From an uncultured Chloroflexia bacterium (GTDB lineage Bacteria > Chloroflexota > Limnocylindria > QHBO01): a stretch of 64,000 nucleotides of DNA. The stretch spans positions 352,001-416,000 of the forward strand of contig CAWFCQ010000008.1 of NCBI GenBank assembly GCA_963814375.1, read 5' to 3'. The position numbers and the translations under genes were made by a program. Below are positions 30,175-39,746 of the stretch, piece after piece; position 1 is the stretch's first letter; each line of letters starts with the position of its first letter. The notes under the pieces are model-generated. The model was not told where the DNA came from. It saw nothing but the letters and a program-made list of their open reading frames with translations, and searched no databases.

Positions 30175-31053
30175 GTGGAGTACCGCATCGCGCTCGCGCA
30201 GATGGCGCCGCGCCTGGGCGACCTCGACGCGAACCTCGAGCTGGCGTCCGACTGGGTGCGTCGTGCCTCCGCCGAGGGAGCGACGCTGACCCTGCTCCCC
30301 GAGCTCGCCCTCACCGGGTACCTGCTCCAGGACCTCGTGCCCGAGGTCGCGATCCGGGCCGACGACCCGCGGCTGCTGGCATTGGGCGACGGTGCTGAGG
30401 GCATGCTCGTCGCGGCCGGCTTCGTCGAGGAGACCGATGACCACCGCTACTGCAACAGCGTGGCACTGGTTCGCGACGGCGCGCTCATCGGCCTCCATCG
30501 CAAGGTCTATCTGCCCACCTACGGGCTCTTCGACGAGGGCCGCTTCACGCGTTCGGGCGACCGGGTTCGGACGCACGACGCCGGTGCGCCGATCGGGCGC
30601 ATCGGCCTGTCCGTGTGCGAGGACTTCTGGCACGCCAGCCTGCCGATGCTCCAGGCGCTCGACGGCGCCTCGCTGCTCGTGAACGTCGCTGCCGGGCCGT
30701 CACGCGCCCCCGGCTCCAGCGCGGGCCTCCAGGCGATCGAGGGCTGGCACAAGATGCAGGACACCTACGCGCTGCTCGGCACGGTTCCGCTCGCCTTCTG
30801 CAACCGCGTCGGCAACGAGGAGGGGCTCACCTTCTGGGGTGGCTCACGCATCCTGGCGGCCGATGGCTCCACCGTGGCGCAGGGGCCGCTGTGGGACGAG
30901 GCTCTCGTGGTCGGCACGCTGAACACGGACGACCTGCGCATGCAGCGCTACGGCCTGCCGATCCTGGCCGACGAGCGCCTCGAGCTCGTGCGCCGCGAGC
31001 TCGACCGGATCATCGCCGAGCGAGCGGGCATCGACGAGACGCCCGAGGAGTGA
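30175..31053 (+). CDS. Nitrilase-family carbon-nitrogen hydrolase, probable glutaminase subunit of NAD synthetase
   Basis: E-K-C triad in PELALTGY, HRKVYLPTYGLFDEGR and VCEDFW; GTGA overlap with nadE. Confidence 0.85.
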   Translation: MEYRIALAQMAPRLGDLDANLELASDWVRRASAEGATLTLLPELALTGYLLQDLVPEVAIRADDPRLLALGDGAEGMLVAAGFVEETDDHRYCNSVALVRDGALIGLHRKVYLPTYGLFDEGRFTRSGDRVRTHDAGAPIGRIGLSVCEDFWHASLPMLQALDGASLLVNVAAGPSRAPGSSAGLQAIEGWHKMQDTYALLGTVPLAFCNRVGNEEGLTFWGGSRILAADGSTVAQGPLWDEALVVGTLNTDDLRMQRYGLPILADERLELVRRELDRIIAERAGIDETPEE

Positions 31054-31910
31054 GCACCGACCAGGCTCCGCTGCCCGCGATCGAGCCGAAGCAGGCGATC
31101 GAGGTGATCGTGGGCTTCATCCGATCGCAGCTGGAGCAGGCGGGCTTCGAGCGGCTGGTGATCGGCCTCTCGGGCGGCGTCGACTCGGCCACCGTCGCGT
31201 TTCTTGCGGCGCGCGCGATCGGCGCCGACAAGCTGTTGGCGGTGCGCATGCCGTACCGGACCAGCTCCGGGGCATCCGAGACCGATGCGATGCGCGTCGT
31301 CGACGCTCTCGGCTGCCCCACCGAGCGGGTCGAAATCACGCCGATGGTCGAGCCGATGCTGGCGCTCATCGGCGACGACGATGATGAAGCCGCGACTCAA
31401 CGTGCGCCGTGGCAACGTCATGGCGCGGCAGCGGATGATCGTGCTCTACGACCGCTCGGCATCGTTCGATGCGCTCGTGGCCGGGACCAGCAACAAGACC
31501 GAGGCGCTCCTCGGCTACGGCACGTTGCACGGCGACATGGCGGCCGCGATCGCGCCGATCGGCGATCTCTACAAGACCCAGCTGCGGGCCGTGGCGGGCG
31601 AGCTGGGAGTTCCCGGCGAGATCCTCGACAAGCCGCCGTCGGCCGACCTGTGGCCGGGCCAGACCGATGAAGGCGAGCTCGGCCGCACCTACGACCTGCT
31701 CGACCGCACGCTCTTCGCGCTCGTCGACCGCCGCTGGAGCATCGACCGATGCGTCGCCGCCGGTCTCGATCGGTCGCTCGTCGAGTGGGTCGTAAGCGGG
31801 TGGCTCGCATGGAGTTCAAGCGCCAGCTGCCGCCGGTCGCGAAGCTCTCGTTACGCACGCCCGGCTTCGACCACCTCTATCCACGCCGCCGGCCGGGGTC
31901 GTCTCGGTAA
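31050..31910 (+). CDS. nadE: NAD+ synthetase (synthetase subunit), apparent frameshifts near 31393 and 31797
   Basis: GLSGGVDSA; GNVMARQRM, GTSNKTE, KPPSADLW; the tail resumes as MEFKRQLPP...SSR to TAA 31908-31910. Confidence 0.9.
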
Positions 31911-32009
31911 GCCCGCGGTAACGGGCCGATAAGCGTCGATTCCATAGCCTTCCACCACCAGCGGCCGTTCTCGCCCCCGGTGCGCTGCGCTGATGGAAGG
32001 AGCCATCAC

Positions 32010-32429
32010 ATGAACAAGGTGTTGCTCGTCGGACGGCTGACGCGCGACCCGGAGCTGCGGTCGCTGCCCAGTGGGAAGCACGTCGCAACGTTCACCATTG
32101 CGACCAACGAGTTCCGCGGCGGGAACAACGAGCGGACCGAGTACCACCCCTGCGTGACGTGGGACCGGCTCGCCGAGATCACCGGCCAGTTCCTGTCGAA
32201 GGGCCAGCTCGTCGACATCGAGGGCCGCCTCCAGACGCGCCAGTGGGACGATGACGCCGGAAAGAGACATTGGAAAACCGAGGTCGTGGTGGCGTCACTG
32301 GAGATGCTGAGCGGCCGCTCCAAGAAGGAGTACGCCAAGGAGGCCGAGGCGGTGGCCAGCGCTCCGGACGGGGCTCCTGCGGCCAACGGCGCGGCGGAGA
32401 ACGACCTCGAGGCCGTCGTCGCCATGTGA
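32010..32429 (+). CDS. ssb: Single-stranded DNA-binding protein lacking the canonical acidic tip
   Basis: MNKVLLVGRLTRDPELR, KGQLVDIEGRLQTRQW; ends ENDLEAVVAM. Confidence 0.92.
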   Translation: MNKVLLVGRLTRDPELRSLPSGKHVATFTIATNEFRGGNNERTEYHPCVTWDRLAEITGQFLSKGQLVDIEGRLQTRQWDDDAGKRHWKTEVVVASLEMLSGRSKKEYAKEAEAVASAPDGAPAANGAAENDLEAVVAM

Positions 32430-32526
32430 TCCGTCGGGCGGCGAGGCTGTTCCCCCCGGTCTCGTCGCCCGATCACGCGGGGGCCTGTGCACGCCGACGG
32501 CCTGGCCACCTCCGCCAGCCCGGCGG

Positions 32527-33266
32527 TTACGGCTCCTGTGCCGGTGCGCCCCAGACTTCGGGAGCCCGCAATGCCAGCCAGATCGCCCAGATCGGGACGA
32601 GGATGCCGGCGGTCGCAGCGAGGAGGTACTGGTCGAAGGGGAACGCCTCCAGCACCGCGAGCACGGCAAGCGACGATCGACGCAAGGGCGATCAGGAGCG
32701 ATAGCCAGCGCCAGGCTGACGGCATGCCGGCATCGGCGCCGAGCGATCCAGCGAGCAGGATTCCCGGCACCGCCAGCCACGAGTGCGCCGACGACCAGCC
32801 AGAGCTGGACGCCGAAGATCGTGTTGATGACCACCTCGCGCGCCATGATCTCCTCCTCACGCAGTGCGCAATCGCACAGCTCGGGGTTGGTGAGGAACGG
32901 CAGCGCGCCGATCTGGATCAGCTGCGACGCCACGCCCAGGCCGCCCAATCCGAGGAAAGCGACCATGACGATCCCGCCACGCGCATCGGCCGGAGAAGCC
33001 AGCCGGGCGAGGACCGGTCCGAGTGACGCCAGGCCGGCGAAGCCGATGGCGAAGGCGGTCAGCGACGTGAACTCGACCGGCCACCGGTTCGTCACATCGG
33101 TGTAGACGGTCAGGATCCTGTCGACGAAGTCCTCGGAGGGCGGCTCGGTCAGCCCGCCGAAGAGCTCGAGCTCGATGCCCATCCGGATGACCGCCCCGAC
33201 CAGGAGGCTGATCCCGATCAACCATCCCAGGATGCGAGCCGCGCTCGCCCACTCGATGCGTCGCAC
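32527..33266 (-). CDS. Hypothetical multi-pass membrane protein, apparent frameshifts near 32777 and 32668
   Basis: About six hydrophobic helices continue across three frames and end ...WGAPAQEP at TAA; SD GGAGGG before GTG. Confidence 0.65.
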
Positions 33267-33367
33267 GTTGACGAACCCTCCGCTTCAATCCCGCCCGCGA
33301 TCGATCACTATACTGGCCGCCCGCGGGGACCCATCGGTGAGGTCATCGTGCGCAGCTCGGGGAGCGG

Positions 33368-34123
33368 ATGTCCGAGGAGTACCCCTACAACGGGCGATTG
33401 AGCCGATGGGATGAGATCGCGCCCGGCCTGGCCATCGTGGCCGTCGAGGCGTTGGAGGCGCCCTTCTCCTTCGAGCCCGGCCAGTACGCCACGCTCGGGC
33501 TGATGGGCTCCGAGGGCAAGCTCGTCCAGCGGCCGATGAGCATCTCGTCATCGGCCGACGATCTGTCGGAGTACGAGTTCTTCATCCGTCTCGTCGACGC
33601 GGGCGGCTTCACGCCACTGCTCTGGGAGCGAAAGACGGTCGGGGAGCCGATCAACATCAAGGGCGCGAAGGGCAAGTTCCTCCTCCAGGACGACGGCAGG
33701 CGCTGCCTCTTCGTCGCTTCCGGCACGGGGCTCGCGCCGTTCATCAGCATGATCGAGACGCTGCGCGGCCGCGGCCAGACGCGCGAGATCTTCCTCCTCC
33801 ACGGGGTCAGCTACGAGCACGACCTCGCCTGGCGACAGCAGCTGACCGCGCTCGCGCGCGACGAGGACTTCCCGCTCGAATACGTGGCCACGCTATCGCG
33901 GCCCGGCGACTCGCCGGGTTGGAGCGGGCCGACCGGACGGGTCGAGACGATCACTGCGGCGCAGATGGACGCCTACGGGCTGAACCCGGACAACACCACG
34001 CTCTACCTGTGCGGAAACCCGGACATGGTGAGCGCGATCGAGGAGATCGCAACGGAGCGCGGCTTCCCGCCGGAGCAGGTGCGCAAGGAGCTGTACTGGC
34101 CGAAGGGACGCGAGCACCGATGA
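33368..34123 (+). CDS. fpr: Ferredoxin--NADP reductase family FAD-binding oxidoreductase
   Basis: FEPGQY, RPMSISS, ASGTGLAPF, YLCGNPDM, terminal ELYW. Confidence 0.88.
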   Translation: MSEEYPYNGRLSRWDEIAPGLAIVAVEALEAPFSFEPGQYATLGLMGSEGKLVQRPMSISSSADDLSEYEFFIRLVDAGGFTPLLWERKTVGEPINIKGAKGKFLLQDDGRRCLFVASGTGLAPFISMIETLRGRGQTREIFLLHGVSYEHDLAWRQQLTALARDEDFPLEYVATLSRPGDSPGWSGPTGRVETITAAQMDAYGLNPDNTTLYLCGNPDMVSAIEEIATERGFPPEQVRKELYWPKGREHR

Positions 34124-35688
34124 CCGAGCGCGAAAGCTTCTACCTCACGACCGCGATCTTCTATCCCTCGCCACGGCCCGCCCTCCACTCGCTGTTCGAG
34201 GCGATCGGCGCCGACACGATCGCCCGCTACCAGCGGCTCGTCGGCCGCGATGTGCGCTTCCTGACCGGCTTCGACGAGCACTCGGCCAACGTCGAGCGGG
34301 ACGCACGCGAGGCCGGCATCGACCCGCACCAGCTGATCGACCCGTGGGCCACGACCTGGAAGGCAACGTTCGACCGGTTCGCGATCAGCGCCGATCGCTT
34401 CATCCGCACCACCGATCCGGACCACGCCGAGGCCGCCGCCGAGATGGTGCGCCGTGCGCAGGCCAGCGGCGACGTCTACCAGGGCGTCTACTCCGGCTGG
34501 TTCTGCAACGGCTGCAACGAGTTCAAGACTGACCAGCAGCTGGTCGACGGGCGCTGCCCCGACCATCCGACCCTCGAGCCCGTATGGCTGGAGGAGTCGA
34601 ACTACTTCTTTCGCCTCTCCGCCTACCAGGAACGCCTCGAGCGGCTCTACGCTGAGAACCCGTCCTTCTGCGAGCCCGAGCACTTCCGCAACGAGGTGCT
34701 CGGCTGGCTGCGCGAGGGGCTTCGCGACTTCAGCATCAGCCGGTCGGGCGCCACGTGGGGCATCCCGTTCCCCGGGGACGAGGCGCATCGGATCTACGTG
34801 TGGTTCGACGCCCTCACGAACTACCTCACCGGCGCCGGTTTCCCGAACGACCAGGCGGCGCTCGACCGATGGTGGCCGGCGGATCTCCACGTCATCGGCA
34901 AGAACATCACGCGCTTCCACTGCCTCTACTGGCCGGCCATGCTGATGAGCGCGGGCGTGCCGCTCCCGCGGCAGGTGTTCGCCCACGGCTTCATGCTCGA
35001 TCGGGGCGAGAAGATGAGCAAGACAGCCGGCAACGTACGCGATCCCGACGAGACCGCCGCCACCTTCGGCGTCGACGGCGTGCGGTACATGGTCCTGCGC
35101 GAGGTGCCGTTCGACCGCGATGCCGACGTTTCGACCGAGGCCTTCGTGCGCCGATACAACGCCGATCTGGCGAACGACCTCGGCAACCTCGTGAACCGCA
35201 CGGTCAGCATGAGCCGGCGCTATCTCGACGGCCGCCTGCCGGGCGTCGCCGATGCGACCCAGCCGGCCGATCTCGAGCTGCGCGCCACCGCGGAGCGCGT
35301 CGTCGAGGCCTATCACGCCGCGATGGAGCGTCACCACCTCGACAGGGCCCTGGCCTCGATGATGGAGCTCGCCCAGGCCGCGAACGGCTACGCCGAGGGC
35401 CAGGCGCCGTGGAGCCTCAGCAAGGCGGGAGAAGGCGAGCGGGTAGGACAGGTGCTGTCGGTCATGGCCGAGGCGTGCCGCATCATCGGCCATCTGTTGG
35501 CGCCGGTCGCGCCGGCCGGGTCACGCCGGATCCTCGAGCAGCTCGGCGCGCCGCCGTCGTACGACGAGCGCGGCGCAGGCGGACCCGGGCTGGCTCTGCT
35601 CGCCGCGTGGGGAAGCGGGCCGGACGAGTGGACGACGGGCGACGCCTCGCCGATCTTCCCGCGCGTCGAGCTCGAGGTGCCGACCTGA
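34120..35688 (+). CDS. metG: Methionine--tRNA ligase (short monomeric type) with a non-canonical HIGH motif
   Basis: FYLTTAIFYP, FIRTT, CNGC...CPDH knuckle, YVWFDALTNY, KMSKT, YNADLANDLGNL, APW; metG-tatD synteny. Confidence 0.93.
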   Translation: MTERESFYLTTAIFYPSPRPALHSLFEAIGADTIARYQRLVGRDVRFLTGFDEHSANVERDAREAGIDPHQLIDPWATTWKATFDRFAISADRFIRTTDPDHAEAAAEMVRRAQASGDVYQGVYSGWFCNGCNEFKTDQQLVDGRCPDHPTLEPVWLEESNYFFRLSAYQERLERLYAENPSFCEPEHFRNEVLGWLREGLRDFSISRSGATWGIPFPGDEAHRIYVWFDALTNYLTGAGFPNDQAALDRWWPADLHVIGKNITRFHCLYWPAMLMSAGVPLPRQVFAHGFMLDRGEKMSKTAGNVRDPDETAATFGVDGVRYMVLREVPFDRDADVSTEAFVRRYNADLANDLGNLVNRTVSMSRRYLDGRLPGVADATQPADLELRATAERVVEAYHAAMERHHLDRALASMMELAQAANGYAEGQAPWSLSKAGEGERVGQVLSVMAEACRIIGHLLAPVAPAGSRRILEQLGAPPSYDERGAGGPGLALLAAWGSGPDEWTTGDASPIFPRVELEVPT

Positions 35689-36491
35689 GCCGTCGACGCA
35701 CACCCGAGCGGCTGCCCGGGATCGTCGACGCGCACGCTCACCTCCAGCACGAGCGTTTCGACGCCGATCGGTACGACGTGATCGAGCGCGCGGTGACGGC
35801 CGGGATCGAGCGGATTCTCGTTCCCGGGTGGGATATCGCCTCGTCCGAGGCGGCCCTCGAGCTCGCCGCCGAGCATCCCGGGCTGGTCGATGCCGCTGTC
35901 GGCGTCCATCCCCACCATGCGTCTGGGATGGACGAGCCGGCCTGGGCGCGGCTCGAGGCGCTCGCCGCCGATGCTCGTGCCCGTGCCATCGGCGAGATCG
36001 GCCTCGACTTCTTCCGCAACCTCTCCCCGGCGGACGTCCAGCGCGAGGCCTTCGAGCGACAGCTCGGGATCGCGGCGACGCATCGGCTTCCGGTCGTGGT
36101 CCACGACCGCGATGCCCACGCGGAGGTGACGAGCACGCTGGCTGCATGGGCACCGCGCTCGGGCCGAGCGAAGCCAGGGATCCTGCATGCCTTCTCCGGA
36201 GACGAACCGATGGCGCGGCGCCTCTCCGGAGCGGGCTTCCTGATCAGCTTCGCGTTGCCGGTGGCATTCGGATCGGCGGTCGGTCCGCGCGCGGCAGCCA
36301 CCGCGGCCGACGCGGGCAGCTTCCTGGTCGAGACCGATGCGCCCTACCTCGGTCCCGATGCCGAACGCCGCAACGAGCCGACCACGGCCCTTCGCGTGGC
36401 CGCGGAGCTCGCACGGCTGCGATCGGTGACGCCTGAGGACATCGCCGATGGGGTCGGGCGCGCCTATCGCTCGGTGATCGACGCAGGCTGA
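35685..36491 (+). CDS. tatD: TatD family hydrolase (probable CTG start)
   Basis: DAHAH, GVHPH, IGEIGLDF, HDRDAH, LVETDAPYL. Confidence 0.9.
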   Translation: MSRRRTPERLPGIVDAHAHLQHERFDADRYDVIERAVTAGIERILVPGWDIASSEAALELAAEHPGLVDAAVGVHPHHASGMDEPAWARLEALAADARARAIGEIGLDFFRNLSPADVQREAFERQLGIAATHRLPVVVHDRDAHAEVTSTLAAWAPRSGRAKPGILHAFSGDEPMARRLSGAGFLISFALPVAFGSAVGPRAAATAADAGSFLVETDAPYLGPDAERRNEPTTALRVAAELARLRSVTPEDIADGVGRAYRSVIDAG

Positions 36492-36532
36492 ACGGCGCCC
36501 GCCGACCGCTCGCTCGGAGGGACGGCAGGGGT

Positions 36533-36548
36533 TGGCACGGCGGTTGCT
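36533..36548 (+). promoter_or_regulatory. sigma54 -24/-12 promoter
   Basis: TGGCAC-GGCGG-TTGCT, an exact match to TGGCAC-N5-TTGCW, in an intergenic position. Confidence 0.7.
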
Positions 36549-36615
36549 TGGTGACCGGGAAGCGGCGTGCCCGCCGCCCACGCTGAAATCGCATCGGTAG
36601 AGGGAGGTCCCGCGT

Positions 36616-36837
36616 ATGGGCCAGGTCAACGTCAACACCCCCGGTGGATCGGACTCGGGCTCGGACAACAGCGGCGCCGGGTTCATCCTGGGCATCGTCG
36701 TCGCGATCATCGTGATCGCGGCCCTCGTCTACTTCCTCGTGCTCGCGCCGGGTGGGGGAAACGGCGATGGGACAGGTGATGACAACGGCGACGGAGACCC
36801 CGCCCCGAGCGGCTGGATGCTCACCGACTACGCCTGA
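36616..36837 (+). CDS. Small single-pass membrane protein (73 aa)
   Basis: SD GGAGG, TM GFILGIVVAIIVIAALVYFLVL, Gly/Asp-rich tail. Confidence 0.8.
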   Translation: MGQVNVNTPGGSDSGSDNSGAGFILGIVVAIIVIAALVYFLVLAPGGGNGDGTGDDNGDGDPAPSGWMLTDYA

Positions 36838-36914
36838 TCGACGGATTTCCGTCCGTCCCGACATCGCCCCGGCCACGCCCAGGCCGGGGCGTCCTGCTGT
36901 CCGCCGCGCTTTCC

Positions 36915-36976
36915 TTGACACTCTCCGATCGAGAGTGCTACCTTGCCCCTTGGCACTCTCTCCGGTTGAGTGCCAG
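36915..36976 (+). promoter_or_regulatory. Two tandem CIRCE (HrcA) operators overlapping the groES promoter
   Basis: TTGACACTC-N9-GAGTGCTAC 36915-36941 and TTGGCACTC-N9-GAGTGCCAG 36950-36976; -35 TTGACA, -10 TACCTT. Confidence 0.9.
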
Positions 36977-37078
36977 TCATCGGTCGCATCGGCCGCAGCT
37001 GGCGCTCCCGGGAAGAGGCCCATATCTCAACCGCATCAGTCCGCATCGGTTGCGCATGCAAGGAGGCAATACGCACAC

Positions 37079-37393
37079 ATGACCAGCACGGTCAGCGGCA
37101 CGGCCACCGGGCTCAAGCCCCTGGGAGACCGCCTTGTCGTCAAGCCCACCCCGCGCGAGGAGATGACCAAGAGCGGCATCGTCCTGCCGGATACCGCCAA
37201 GGAGCGCCCGCAGGAGGGCACGGTCCTGGCAGTCGGCCCCGGCCGCACCCTGGATGACGGGTCGCGCGAGCCGATGGAGGTCAGCGAGGGCGAGAAGGTC
37301 CTCTTCCAGAAGTACGCCGGCACCGAGTTCAAGCTCGATGAAGACGAGCTCCTGATCCTGTCCCAGAAGGACATCCTGGCAGTCATCGAATAA
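37079..37393 (+). CDS. groES: Co-chaperonin GroES
   Basis: LKPLGDRLVV, SGIVLPDTAKERPQEG, KYAGTE. Confidence 0.98.
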   Translation: MTSTVSGTATGLKPLGDRLVVKPTPREEMTKSGIVLPDTAKERPQEGTVLAVGPGRTLDDGSREPMEVSEGEKVLFQKYAGTEFKLDEDELLILSQKDILAVIE

Positions 37394-39094
<1,701 letters not shown>

Positions 39095-39114
39095 TCCAGC
39101 CTCACGGCACCGAT

Positions 39115-39151
39115 GCGAGAGCCCCGGCTTCGGCCGGGGCTCTCGTGCTTT
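39115..39151 (+). terminator. Intrinsic terminator after groEL
   Basis: GCGAGAGCCCCGGC-TTCG-GCCGGGGCTCTCGT followed by GCTTT. Confidence 0.85.
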
Positions 39152-39178
39152 GTCGAGTTGCGTGCGCATCGGATCGTC
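39151..39178 (+). promoter_or_regulatory. Putative ECF42-type promoter
   Basis: TGTCGA 39151-39156 and CGTC 39175-39178 upstream of a DGPF gene. Confidence 0.55.
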
Positions 39179-39226
39179 GTAGGGTTCGAGCGGCGCCACA
39201 CGAGCGTCGAGACATGGAGAGAATCG

Positions 39227-39592
39227 ATGCGCACCGTGCTCATGAACTGGGTCCACCCTGACGATGCAGCCGCGTGGGAGGCGATGACGCCGGCCGAGCA
39301 GCAGGAGGATGTCGAGCTCCACATCGCGTGGTTCCGCAAGCACGGCGATCACATCGTCGGCGGCGAGGAGCTGGACCTGCCGCGCACCGTGAAGACCCTG
39401 CGGCCCGGCCGCCAGGGAGAGGGCGTCGTCGTCACCGACGGCCCATTCATCGAGACGAAGGAGCTTCTCGGCGGATTCGTGATCCTCGAGACCGAGACGA
39501 TGGACGAGGCGCTGACGATCGCGAGCGACTGGCCGTCGCTCTCGACACAGCCGAACGCGACGGTCCAGCTGCAGCCGGTGTTCGTTCGCTGA
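39227..39592 (+). CDS. YciI/DGPF family protein
   Basis: VTDGPFIETKELLGGF. Confidence 0.9.
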   Translation: MRTVLMNWVHPDDAAAWEAMTPAEQQEDVELHIAWFRKHGDHIVGGEELDLPRTVKTLRPGRQGEGVVVTDGPFIETKELLGGFVILETETMDEALTIASDWPSLSTQPNATVQLQPVFVR

Positions 39593-39654
39593 CCGTTCGG
39601 TGCGGTCCTGCTCAGTTGACCAACAACCGGCCGCCTGCGACCATCGGGACAGAT

Positions 39655-39731
39655 CGACGGAGGCAACGACCCCCCGAGCCGTGATCCGGTCGCCTGTTCG
39701 GGGGTGAGCCAGTGGCGAGACCGAGCCGTCG
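39655..39731 (+). ncRNA. c-di-GMP-II-type riboswitch aptamer (GAG variant)
   Basis: P1 CGACGG/CCGTCG; P2 GGC/GCC; kink-turn AACGA...TGA; P3 CCCCCGAGC/GTTCGGGGG; pseudoknot TCGCC/GGCGA plus CGG/CCG; upstream TTGACC-17nt-GACCAT promoter. Aligned by eye only. Confidence 0.8.
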
Positions 39732-39746
39732 CCCCACAGGCTGCCC

